A stretch of DNA of 64,000 nt, from NCBI GenBank assembly GCA_002633005.1, contig NMRA01000169.1, positions 599,387 through 663,386 of the forward strand, written 5' to 3'. Positions 51,701 through 63,967 of this stretch are shown here, one piece after another. The DNA comes from Phoronis australis. Lineage: Eukaryota > Animalia > Phoronida. Made by a program: the position numbers and the translations under genes. The first letter of the stretch is position 1. The number at the start of each line of letters is the position of its first letter. The notes under the pieces are model-generated. The model was not told where the DNA came from. It was given only the letters and a program-made list of their open reading frames with translations, and made no database searches.

Positions 51701-54700
51701 AGAAAAAATGTCAATTTTGAAATAGAGGTTTGCTGGGATAAGAAAAAAAATAACTATCTGAATATGTGTGTTATTTAATTAACAAATTTTCACTGTGGAA
51801 AGAGTGCAGTATTTAAAGCAACACAGCTGATGTTGGAAATGATGACAGTATCAATATTGTCAATAACAAAATTGTCAATATCAACAATATCAATATCAGA
51901 ATTGTCAAATATATCAATTCTGCCAATATCAACACTGTTAATATCAACATTGTTTATATCACCACTGCCAATATTGACACTGTCAATATCAGTGATAACA
52001 ATATCAACACTGCGAATACAAGAAACATTTATGAGAACACTGCTGATATCAACACTTTTGACATCGAACACATCAAACATCAACAGCTTACCTGTACAAG
52101 ATTTCCCATTACTGGCCAGCTGGAAGCCCTTATTACACTTGCAGTGAAAACTGGCCCAGGTGTTTACACACTCATGGTCACAGCCTCCATTGTTTACAAG
52201 ACATTCGTTCACCTCTGAAATATACCATCACCACCTTGAGTTACAGTATAGTCTTCCACATGATTACCGTTGGGCAGTTTGAAACATTCTACTGACCCTA
52301 GCTAACATTCAACAATGTGATTATCTAGTACAGAGAATGGATTATTGTTTAGAGGTAAGTCACAATTTTTCACATTTCAAAATTTTCAAGTTGTCACACG
52401 GAGTCTCAGTTCTCACAGTCTGCAGCCCACATTTTGAGCACCAGTTTTCTCCACTGAATAACGGGCAACAAACTACTTCTCAAAATGTGGGCACATTATA
52501 TCCGATTACAGCGCAAAATCCAGTGTGAAGCTTACTGCTCTGCGATCAGGTTTATCATTTTACCACAAATAAATGTATTGATCTCTAAGTTAATTCCATC
52601 AAATTGTATATTAATTCTCATCCGAATTCAAGCACCAAATTCTCCACACAACGTAATGATTTTTCTCCCAAAGTATTTTTTGAACAGAAATAATTATTCA
52701 TGAATACGTCAGTCCAGAGACTACAAACAAATGTAGGGTCTCAAAATTCACAAGGGGTCTAGGGACACAAGGGTCTAGTAACACAAGGGGTCTAGGGACA
52801 CAAGGGTCTAGGGACGCAACGGGTCTAGTTACACAAAGGGTCTAGTGACACAAGGGGTCTAGGGACACAAGATGTCTAGAGACACAAGGGATCTGGGGAC
52901 ACAAGGGTCATAACTTACATTTAAGCATGAATTCAGGTAGTTAAGTGGGATTGTGAAGCCCAACAATTGCCCTCATGCTTGCAAACACCCTAAATTTTAA
53001 TCCTGTTCCCATTCAAAAAACAAAAAATGCCTTTGTTCTTTAGCACCACCTAGTGAATTCTGATCCACCCATTAATCCATAAAACTCACCTGTGACCTTG
53101 TAAGCTGGTCCTCGTTCCCCCTTCACACCAGGATTCCCCTGCGGCCCAGTGTCTCCCTTATCACCCTTGACACCACCACTTCCAGTTGGCCCCTTGGCTC
53201 CTACCGCCCCTACATTCCCCTTCGGACCCTCTGGTCCAGGTGGTCCTTTGGGACCAGATGTTCCAGTGTCGCCTTTATCACCCTGATTTCCCTGGTCACC
53301 TTTCGGGCCAGCACTACCAGCTGTACCTGTGAAGAAAGCCAAGAAAAAAATAAGAATTTCACACTAAAACAGACCTGCACAAACCAACTGTGATCACATT
53401 TCCTCCATTGTGTTATTATAAAAGGATGTTTTCAAAGGTTTAAGTGTTAACTGACTTTCAATACATGCAATTTGCACGGAGTTTAGCGTGTGCACTCTGT
53501 GCTGACACACAAAATACCATCACTCTGACATAACCAAACGATTGTAATCAATTGTTTTGCATTACATACAATCATTGTATGACCTCAAAACATGACATCG
53601 TTCCCAAAATATAATCCATTGACCTTTGTCCATTCCAAGCATCTCCTGGAAGTTTTTTAGATGTCTCTACAAAGCTACTACCTGACTGACCAAAAGAGTA
53701 ATCGACATATGATCGAAAGTCTAAACACAACTGCCTTCCACAAATTACTAACAGCAGATGAGATTACATGAGGAAACAATTTATGGACTTTACACTTCCT
53801 CAATTTGTTGGTTTTCATGTCATTGAGGGGTGAAAACCAACACATTGACCTCCGTGAAAGTCAACAAAAGTATGAGATTAACTACTGTGCAATAGATTGG
53901 TATAAATGCCAACAATTTATGTACAGTTGAGAAACACAAATGTAATTATAAGAAACACTGACTTTAAGCACATGTTAATTGAATAAATTGTATCATCTTG
54001 CAAATTCTCTGACCATATATACAGTAAATAATTTTTGATTATTAAATAAAAAACAAAAAATAATTAAGCAAAAATTTCTTTAGTGCTCTTATTTCACTTA
54101 TAAATGATTTTCCAGTTACTGCTACATAAACATAGACTTCCCCAACACAATTGCTTTCAGTAAACACACAACACAAGCTCTGCTTACCCTTCACACCAGG
54201 TGGCCCCTGTGTCCCTTGACTTCCTTGTGGACCCTCTGGTCCTTTAGGTCCTGCATCGCCTCTCACGCCCTGCAACCCTTGCAAACCAGTATCCCCCTTG
54301 GTGCCCTGTGACCCCTTCGGACCCTGATCGCCTTTAGGGCCCTACATGAGATAGAAACCACTCAATGCTCAAATACTGTTCATGTTTTACCAGAAGCTAG
54401 TTAATGTCTTCCTAAAACCATGTCAGAGATGATGTGGTAACATCATTTCTAAAATCTCATGAACTATTTACACCAACCTCCAGCCAATTTGCATTGGCAC
54501 GATGTTTCAGCCCATCACTTTTACAGCCATCTTCAGGTGTTACAGCGTTTGTAGAAGAATGAGCACAGGAGTGTTGTACACTCATGGTGCACTTTTTTAT
54601 TTTTCTTCATGCATAAGGCTAGGATTGAAGTTGGGACCTTTATATTATCAGTGCACCACAGAGTCATCAAAGAAATGACTGGTCAAAATGTTGTGGGCTA

Positions 54701-57700
54701 GTAGTTGGACAGGTGTAAATAGATGAACAGACTTTAGAAATGATGTTAACCGCTAGTTAGCTACATAGTTAGTAGACATAACTGCATCACCCAGCGCCAA
54801 ATACATTTTGAGGACACGTAAACTGCAGAGTGGAGTCAATAAAACACAATAAAATTGTTATTTCAACTTAACGCGTTATGAAACTTTCAAGACAAGATGG
54901 ACACACATTGTCATGATACTCTAAAATGATGACATCATCCTTTGCACCAGTTATTTCCAAGGCATTTTGCATTCAGGATTTTATGTGAAAAAGCACTATT
55001 CATGAAAAGTTTTGGTTGAAACTATGCGCCACCTCTTCTCATGTCTAACATTTCAAACAAGAATCCTGAATCAGAACTGATTTGAATTTGAGTTCATCAA
55101 ATCTCCACAATGTAGCCATTACATCAATCACAGTTCGACCAAACATGTCCTAAATGGATTTGGCAATTTAATCGTCTTCCCATAGTCTGCCAATGTTGTT
55201 AACCTGTAGTTATCTCCCATATAAAATGAAGATTAGTTGGGTCAAGAACAGTAGCCAACTCACCAATTGGCGCGTTTGATAGCACTGCGGTAACTTGCCG
55301 AAAGGCAAACGTGACAGTGAAAGAGTCAAACAAGCTAAAGATTACTATAACTAAAACAAGCCAAAGTGTACTTCTTAATGAAGCTGAGAACCAAACTGAG
55401 GCTATGAGAGCCACAAACAAATATCGTTAACAACTACATCGAAGAGGTCTTGCATAATATGATAAGCTATACTGATGTCAGGCAAAGACAGATCTGAAGC
55501 TTAAACATCTAACCAAGGTCAAACTTTGGGCCAGGATTAAGTTAAGATTGTGACTTGGGGTTATGGCTAGAATTTGACTGAAGGCCATATTGCATTTAGC
55601 ACACAAAATGACAAGTAACTTTCACTTTACTGAGTCTACCCTTCTGCAACAATGATTCGCCAGCTCTTCCCAAGGTCAAGGGTCACTTCAATCTGAGAAT
55701 GCTTTTAATTTCAAGTGTTCCAATTCAAATATTGGTGTTTCTGACATCCAAAATCGNATGTTAATTGAATAAATTGTATCATCTTGCAAATTCTCTGCCC
55801 ATACATACAGTAAATAATATTTGCTTATTAAATAAAAAAACAAAAAATAATAAAGCAAAAATTTCTTTAGTGCTCTTATTTTCCAGTTTTTGCTACATAA
55901 ACACAGATTTCCCCAACACAATTGCTTTCAGTAAACACACAACACAAGCTCTGCTTACCCTTCACACCAGGTGGCCCCTGTGTCCCTTGACTTCCTTGAG
56001 GACCCTCTGGTCCTTTAGGTCCTGCATCGCCTCTCACGCCCTGCAACCCTTGCAAACCAGTATCCCCTTTGGCGCCCTGTGACCCCTTCGGACCCTGATC
56101 GCCTTTAGGGCCCTACATGAGATGGAAACCACTCAATGCTCAAATACTGTTCATGTTTTACCAGAAGCTAGTTAATGTCTTCCTAAAACCATGAAATGAT
56201 ATAGTAACATCATTTCTAAGATCTCATGAACTATTTACACCAACATACAGCCAATTTGCATTGGCACGATGTTTCAGCCGGTCACTTTTACAGCCATCTA
56301 CAGGTGTTACAGTGTTCGTAGAAGAATGAGCACAGGTGTGTTGTACACTCATGGTGCACTTTTTTATTTTTCTTCATGCATAAGGCTAGGATTGAAGTTG
56401 GGACCTTCATATTATCAGTGCACCACAGTCATCAAAGAAATGACTGTTCAAAATGTTGTGGGCTAGTAGTTGGTGTAAATAGATGAACAGACTTTAGAAA
56501 TGATGTTAACCGCTAGTTAGCTACATAGTTAGTAGACATAACTGCATTACCCAGCGCCAAATACATTTTGAGGACACGTAAACTGCAGAGTGGAGTCACT
56601 AAAACACAATAAAATTGTTATTTCAACTTAACGCGTTATGAAACTTTCAAGACAAGATGGACACACATTGTCATGATACTCTAAAATGATGACATCATCC
56701 TTTGCACCAGTTATTTCCAAGGCATTTTGCATTCAGGATTTTATGTGAAAAAGCACTATTCATGAAAAGTTTTGGTTGAAACTATGCGCCACCTCTTCTC
56801 ATGTCTAACATTTCAAACAAGAATCCTGAATCAGAACTGATTTGAATTTGAGTTCATCAAATCTCCACAATGTAGCCATTACATCAATCACAGTTCGACC
56901 AAACATGTCCTAAATGGATTTGGCAATTTAATCGTCTTCCCATAGTCTGCCAATGTTGTTAACCTGTAGTTATCTCCCATATAAAATGAAGATTAGTTGG
57001 GTCAAGAACAGTAGCCAACTCACCAATTGGCGCGTTTGATAGCACTGCGGTAACTTGCCGAAAGGCAAACGTGACAGTGAAAGAGTCAAACAAGCTAAAG
57101 ATTACTATAATAACTAAAACAAGCCAAAGTGTACTTCTTAATGAAGCTGAGAACCAAACTGAGGCTATGAGAGCCACAAACAAATATCGTTAACAACTAC
57201 ATCGAAGAGGTCTTGCATAATATGATAAGCTATACTGATGTCAGGCAAAGACAGATCTGAAGCTTAAACATCTAACCAAGGTCAAACTTTGGGCCAGGAT
57301 TAAGTTAAGATTGTGACTTGGGGTTATGGCTAGAATTTGACTGAAGGCCATATTGCATTTAGCACACAAAATGACAAGTAACTTTCACTTTACTGAGTCT
57401 ACCCTTCTGCAACAATGATTCGCCAGCTCTTCCCAAGGTCAAGGGTCACTTCAATCTGAGAATGCTTTTAATTTCAAGTGTTCCAATTCAAATATTGGTG
57501 TTTCTGACATCCAAAATCGACCAAGGCAAGTAGTTTGGGAAATTTCACAGGTTTGCAAACAAGAAGGTTCTTACCTGTGAACCAGACGGTCCATCGGGGC
57601 CTTTGTCTCCCTTGGTTCCGTTCAGCCCTGGTGGCCCAGGAGGTCCAGGAATGTACTCCACTTTGGAGGTCGTCGTTGGCGTCTCAGTTGTAGTAGGTCC

Positions 57701-60700
57701 AGCAGTTGTCGTGGGATCCTGAAAAGCTATAAAGAGAGCAATAACATTAATTTTATAAACTTCCTTCTTGTCCTTGACATTAACCAGTTGGCTGCGGAGA
57801 GAATTCAACAGTTAGTGGATGATAGAAATGTCAAACTGCCTCCATGAGACGGACGTTAATTCAAGAGAGCAAACTGACTTAATTTTTCTTTATTCTCAAA
57901 AAGAATGTTAGGTATGTTGATTATTAACTTATTTCGGGTTTTATGCCAAATTAATTCGCAAAATACAAGGCATTTTTGTAAAAAATCAAATCAGTGGTTT
58001 ATTAGTATATCACTCCATACGCGAAAACTAGGCAATTCGAAGCAAAATCTCAACAGTGTTTTTTAGGCATAATGTAAAAGTTTTTATTTGAAGCTTTAGT
58101 AAAATTCACCGTGGGAGTGGGAGGGTTATTTTCCTGTGAATGTATCTTTCTTGTAGGGGGAAATTTGACTTAAAAAACATGGTCACAGTAGACAAAGACA
58201 CAGTAGTAAGGAGCATATTTTTAGAATTTTCAATCTTTGTCCTTTCAGAAAATAAATACTGTTAATGGTTGACAAAGCATATTTTTTATATCTGACTTAC
58301 AGCTGAAGTCATTTATTAAGGTTCTAGATAACCTTCAATGATCAAGGCCCACACTTGGATGGAATGGATTTAATCTACCGAGAAAGCACAAGACCAGACC
58401 AGCCCCAGTACACCACAGTACAATACCAGACTAGCCCCAGTATACCAAAGTACAAGACCAGACTAGCCCCAGTATACCACAGTACAAGACCAGACTAGCC
58501 CCAGTATACCACAGTACAAGACCAGACCAGCCCCAGTATACCACAGTACAAGATCAAACTAGCCCCAGTATACCACAGTACAAGACCGGACCAGCCCCAG
58601 TAAGTGCCCAACAAGTGCACTTCAACTTGCAATAAAAAATGTCGTTGATGTGAGAGACAATAAGTTTCAACATACAGTATGAATTGAGCTATAACTTGCA
58701 AATACAGTAACCTTTACTCAAATTCAAACAAAATACTGGCTAAAAATAGTTGTTTCTGTCAATTTTCATATGTTCGCAGAATTGCCAAAAATGTTCAAAT
58801 TTCATTGTGAGTTTGTTGATGACATCTGTAATGTAAAGATTTCAAATTGATGTACTTGGGTAGCACATTTTCCGTTACACAAATTTGTTAAAGACACGAC
58901 ACTTCTTGTTGTAAACATTCCGTTCCTAACCTTGGAACAAAGTAATTGAGGCTCGACAGAACATTGGTGAAGTAACTGAACAAGAGACATGATTAAAAGA
59001 CATACGAAATTTCGAAACACACTTGTTTCATTCTCGAGCGTGACTTTCCCCCCATTTGTCATTCTTCGCAGTACTTCAAGCCTGCCGTGTCCCACTGTGT
59101 ATGTTACAAGCTTTTGCTCTGTGGTGGTATTAATGCGTCATTTTATCATGATGTCTCTTAGTCAGATACTTTACCAATGTTCAGTTTTGCATAAATAATG
59201 AAGTACTATTTTGTTTCTTGTTTACTGTTCTTGAAAACTTTGATAACATAAAATTTTACTGTTCCGTCATATTTTGTTCTAACTTTAAGAAACTTCAATA
59301 TAATTTGAAGCGGTCAAATTTTGGAAGGGGTAGAGCCATAGTTTTCTGAAGCATTTTGGACTCATTAGGTGTAGAACAGGAAACCCAAAACCTCTCCATA
59401 GCCCCCTGCCAGCGAGATTTCCTTTGATCTCATGCAAATACCAACTTTCCTCAGTTATCTACAGTGCCAATGAAAAACTACCATGCTGAGCATGTTAGGT
59501 TTATTGACTCAGATTACAAACCACACAGCTGCCTGGCTATACTGAAATATTGTGTCAGGTAGTTTTTGCAATTCTGTGTTTCTGAAACACAAAAATTTGT
59601 CCGTAAACAATTACGTTACAGTATCTTGATGTGACCAGTTTAACAGCACATGTATTGTTCAGTGGTGATTCCTGCAGTCAGACCAACAGATGGCGTGATA
59701 AGGGCTACTGCTAACATAACTGATATGGCTTGAGCCCATCATTAGAGGGTAATCGTACAGTAACCTGACTTGTCAGAGAACAGTCTCAGCCACATTTTGA
59801 GTTTCCGTATTCTGCCTAATGTAGTAAACTCGTGGTAACTAAAATACAGTCCAACAGGATTTGTCATTGAGAGATAACCAGCGACTGAACTGAGCACTCC
59901 AGTCAAATTTCGGAATGGGTCACCCAGCTGCCAGATTTTTAGAAGGATACGGTGGACAAGTGATATTTCTCAGAAAAGCTTGGATTGAACAGACTCGTAT
60001 TAGTAGCAAGACAATCAACCTTTGAAAAAAAGAAAAAAATTCAATTTTTGCAATTATTTCCATGCAATAAGTGAAGAATTGCCCCAAATAGGCTGATATT
60101 AAAGTTCTCTTCGCTTGGGACAGAAAATGCAAATTGACATAGAAAAAACTTTAGTTTTGGCAATACTGTGGGAACCGACTCGAGGACAACAACTACAGCC
60201 CCACAGATGGAGCAGCGGCACACTTACGTTCGATCTGAACTCCGATGTCATAGCGGTACTGCGCATCGGCGGCAGATTCTCTCAGCATGTAAATGCTACC
60301 CGTCTGAGGGACGCCAGACGCACTCACTAGGTATCTGTAGATCTTTTCATTCACCTCATTCGGTCCAACTGGTTTACGGCCAATTGGAAACGAAGACGAG
60401 TAGGATGCAAATGCCATGACATCTCCACTGAACAACAGGGTGCTTGGTAAGGGTATCTGCAATACAACACCCACTGGTCATCTAGATTCATTTATTAGAA
60501 TTCCTGATGACACAAAGGTGCCATGAAACAGCTTTTATTAGTCAAAAAGTAACTTTAGGTCCAGGCCGCAGTAAAATCTTACTAATTTAGGACACAATAA
60601 GGTGGACAGGTGAAATTTTATTATCTCATTTTTTTCACCGAACAAATACATGTTCCCTCAGTTTTAAGCTATATACTACAGCTACCACAATACAAAGTGT

Positions 60701-63700
60701 CGAGCCTTTTAAAAATGAAAAAAAGGCAATTACTTTTCTTTCAAAATTGGTGAGATATTACCACAGGGTTACAAAAATGGTCTCAGCTGGACCTCCCTCT
60801 GGTTAGGAGTGAGTTCTGGGCTTGAGAACAACCGACACAATGGTAGTGCTAGAGAGTTTGAGACCTTGAGGACAACCGACACAATGTCAGTGTACAGAGT
60901 TTGAGACCTTACTTGGCACATAAAATACCAAACTGGGTCAATCCAACTTATTAAGCCTGTTTCCAAACAATAGCATGGTGTCTATTCTTCCCAGACATCC
61001 CACCTAATCTGACTCAAATGTTGTCAACCCACAGTCTTACCCCAGACCAAGTTATCAAGGAGTTGTTGCTAGGTTTGGGTGCTGTCTGAATGCGACTTGC
61101 ACCCACATTTGATAACTAACTCCACCTTATTGAGGTAGGGTAACTACAATTGTTCTAGGGTAACTTGAGCCACTTCTAAGCACTGTGTAGATGCAAACCT
61201 GGATTGAGGCAGAAGTATCAGCTAATGGTATTCGCAGCAGATGCCATTCTCACAGAGGGACAACTTCCACCTAATTATCAGATATACATGCGTGTGAATG
61301 CTCCACTTAAAAGTGGCGTAAGTTGCACCAGTGCAAGTTGTTTTGGGGTAGGTCTGTGTGTGGACAGGACTTTAGGAACAACGAGAGACCAGTTTAATAA
61401 TAAGTTGCATGAATGAAAAGTTTTAACAGGCAGAAGGTGTCTTTTCTCCTCGTTTATAACCCTAGTCAATTTCTGGGGTCAGCTTTGCGGTGCTGCTTGT
61501 AATCACTAGAAATCAGAAGCATAAACGTCTAGGCTTTTCAGTAAATGTACAACATGAAATAAAATTGGTAATTCTTGGACAATTTTGGAACTTCAAAAAT
61601 CTATACTTATCTAGTGAAATGGACTACAAGAGCAACCCAATGCGCCTAAAACAATAATGGACGAGGAAAATCTTGTGCAAAATTAAAATGGTCAACACAA
61701 GACAGGTTCCTCCATTCAAATATCACTGCATTTTGTGAGGGCATTATCATCACTCTGATAACCAATGATGTACATAGGTCACATTGCCCCTTTACATTGC
61801 TCAAGCGGGTTACACATTAGAGATTGGAACATAACAACAAAGGAACAGCAGTTGCAATGCATGCATGGTATTTCTTTATTCTTCTGTTGTTAGTTAATTG
61901 ACTTTTGTGGTTCAAACAATGAAAAAGTTAAATTTTCGATCACGGACTTAGTTTAGTATGAAGTGTCTAAAATGGTTGGAAAAAATGTTGCCACACAAAC
62001 AGGCACGCGATTATCACTGACACCCATCTTTGTTCTCTAATCCGCGAACAAAAGGAGCCAATCATAAATGATCAGCACCTGTGGGAATTGCCTACTGTAA
62101 TCCCAATAGGTAAGAAATAGTTGCATTGAGTTTTGGGAAATGAGATGTAGTACCTTAAGACCTGTGACAGCTAGCGCCATCTGCATCAAATACTTCTATG
62201 TCAAGTTTCACCAAAATCTGTTAAACCTTTTGACAAAAATCAGCAAACAACCAACAACTTGCTCAAAACTAAAATGGCCAACAGGGGGTGCTGCAATAGT
62301 CAGATCCAGTGTTTGGAAATCAAATGGTGTCAGCACATCAATTACAAAAAACATCCCATTTCCTTTCAACTCCTGACAGCGGTTTCTAAATCAAGGCAGG
62401 TACAGATTACAATTTTGTGACCCCATGCTTGAACTGAGAAATTACCTAACATGCATTTTTTTAATTCCAAACAATTTGAAAACTTGCCAGATTTAGTACA
62501 TGATATATTAATTTATTTTAGGACTGGTGTTTTATTGCCGTCAAATCAGTTGCAAATGGGTTGATTGTCCTACTCTGCACAATAGGACTTTAGATCAGGT
62601 TCCTAGATAAACGCCTACTGAACAGAACAAACGGTCAAAATGACAATATACGAACTCAGAATTTTCAGCGAGCAGACGAAACTGACAATTCAAAATGACC
62701 CACTTACATCCATGCGGCCAAGTTTTGAAGGCGTGACACTCTGGCTGAACTTCAACTTATACTTCAAGACCGGCTGAATGTATCGCCATATCTGAATATG
62801 GAACTCCTCCAGATTTGTTACATACACTGATGCAGCCTTCAGCGTACCATATGGGAGCTCTATTTCGCTGAAGATGTAGGAGCCAGCATCACTAGTAAAT
62901 GCTTGACTAGTGCCGTCAAACGTTGCGGGATCATGGTTATACCAACTCAAAGCTGAAAAGATGAAATTTTTTTAATGACATCACTTCACAATAACTGCAG
63001 GTTTTTACAAGCCTGGGGGAACACTAATACGTGCTTAACTGGCTGACTTTGAAAACATAATTCCAGGACATCGGCAAACACTTCATGTGCCTTTTTATTG
63101 GTCTTAGACTGGAGATATTTTACCTTTTAAGCATATCCATATTTATCGTAAAAAATGGCATGAGAAGAGTGGAGGCAATAAGACCTTATGATATGCACAA
63201 TGGAACACAAAAATGCCAATAAAACCCCGTAATTATAATAATTCAAGTACTGCAGTACGATAACAACAGACATAATGAAAAGAAAAGTTCACTGATTTTA
63301 TCTTTCAAATCCGTACCTACACCAATTAGTGGCCCCTACAGCATCAGACATGACACGCAAATGCACGGACTCTTGAGGGGCCCAGGTGTAGGGACACACA
63401 CCAGAGTGGCCCCTACAGCATCAGACATGACACGCAAATGCACGGACTCTTGAGGGGCCCAGGTATAGGGACACACGCCAGAGTGGCCCCTACAGCATCA
63501 GACATGACACACAAATGCACGGACTCTTGAGGGGCCCAGGTGTAGGGATCCACGCCAGAGTCAAATATATATATAGCCGAAATGGACGAACTCTAATGAC
63601 TCAACAGCAGCGCCATTATGTCATGATCACAGACCACTGAGTGAGTAATTGATTGAGGCTGGTCATGCAGGCAAAATTGAAAGACCTTCGTAATGCTAAG

Positions 63701-63967
63701 TTGATACACATATAAACTTCAACTATAGGCACACCATAAATCGCTTTTGCATTACAATGCAGCTTCTCATTCATTCCCTAGCATACATTCACATTTGTTC
63801 AATGCTTGACTGTCTGCCAGTGTTGGTCAGGATTTGAACCTGGGTCAGTGAAGAGCTCAAACTACTGAGCTACACTGTCTTCTCGTGAAGAACAACTCAC
63901 CACTGAAAACCCCATCAGTAACAACCAGTAGTAACACAGCAATGGAAGGTAGCGTCTTGGAAAACAT
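48327..63967 (-). CDS. Gene B: type I transmembrane collagen-cbEGF protein (628 aa) with an extra N-terminal domain and Thr-rich stalk; paralogue of gene A
   Basis: complement join 63901-63967, 62708-62952, 60228-60456, 57575-57726, 54188-54341 (or the duplicate 55959-56112), 53090-53326, 52092-52214, 51008-51130, 49897-50013, 48327-48766 = 1887 nt, all GT-AG and phase-consistent. [23 protein letters not shown][27 protein letters not shown](GXY)50-EGF-EGF-truncated [31 protein letters not shown].. Confidence 0.87.
49897..50013 (-). CDS. Gene B truncated (4-Cys) cbEGF exon
   Basis: [39 protein letters not shown]; gtttcag| and |gtaatt. Confidence 0.9.
51008..51130 (-). CDS. Gene B cbEGF exon 2
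   Basis: [41 protein letters not shown]; 123 nt. Confidence 0.92.
51845..52085. repeat. Degenerate (tcaata/atatca)n low-complexity tract in an intron
   Basis: Repeated atatcaac/tgtcaata units. Confidence 0.7.
52092..52214 (-). CDS. Gene B cbEGF exon 1
   Basis: [41 protein letters not shown]; 123 nt. Confidence 0.92.
52426..52510. mobile_element. Palindromic MITE-like element, copy 4 (partial)
   Basis: cccacattttgagcaccagttttctccactgaataacgggc..ttctcaaaatgtggg. Confidence 0.65.
52748..52908. repeat. Imperfect 16-17-bp minisatellite, ~9 copies
   Basis: acacaag(g)ggtctag(g/t)(g/a). Confidence 0.85.
53090..53326 (-). CDS. Gene B collagen exon 3 (237 nt)
   Basis: [22 protein letters not shown]; ttcacag| and |gtgagt. 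Confidence 0.92.
54188..54341 (-). CDS. Gene B collagen exon 2 (154 nt)
   Basis: [24 protein letters not shown]; catgtag| and |gtaagc. Confidence 0.88.
55959..56112 (-). CDS. Gene B collagen exon 2, duplicate copy (likely alternate haplotype)
   Basis: Near-identical to 54188-54341 with intact splice sites; lies in the duplicated block after the N. Confidence 0.55.
57575..57726 (-). CDS. Gene B Thr-rich stalk and collagen exon 1
   Basis: ctctttatag| (phase 1) and |gtaaga; [50 protein letters not shown]. Confidence 0.88.
58388..58602. repeat. 32-bp minisatellite, ~6.7 copies
   Basis: acaagaccagac(c/t)agccccagtataccacagt. Confidence 0.9.
60228..60456 (-). CDS. Gene B N-terminal domain exon 2
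   Basis: tattgcag| and |gtaagt; [28 protein letters not shown]. Confidence 0.82.
62708..62952 (-). CDS. Gene B N-terminal domain exon 1
   Basis: cttttcag| and |gtaagt; [44 protein letters not shown]. Confidence 0.82.
63328..63561. repeat. 77-bp tandem repeat, 3 copies
   Basis: agtggcccctacagcatcagacatgacacgcaaatgcacggactcttgaggggcccagg.. at 63328, 63405 and 63482. Confidence 0.9.
63901..63967 (-). CDS. Gene B signal-peptide exon
   Basis: tttttag|ATG; [22 protein letters not shown]; |gtgagt phase 1. Confidence 0.8.

Larger units (their letters stand above)
53972..57519. repeat. ~1.78-kb direct duplication (53972-55756 and 55758-57519) separated by a single N
   Basis: Both copies begin atgttaattgaataaattg and end gacatccaaaatcg; they differ by scattered SNPs and small indels. 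Confidence 0.93.

Noticed and set aside
51790-52091. Asp/Ile/Asn-rich extension of the EGF ORF ([14 protein letters not shown]..)
   Set aside because: Read-through past a consensus donor (G|GTAAGC) into a low-complexity intronic tract.
55199-57183. Two copies of a hydrophobic 73-74 aa ORF ([11 protein letters not shown]..)
   Set aside because: Intronic, non-ATG start, duplicated only because of the 1.8-kb block.
32474-63967. Calling genes A and B CCBE1, fibrillar collagen or class A scavenger receptors
   Set aside because: Domain order (collagen before EGF), C-terminal TM, absence of COLFI/SRCR/C1q domains and exon sizes that are not multiples of 54 bp do not fit these families.
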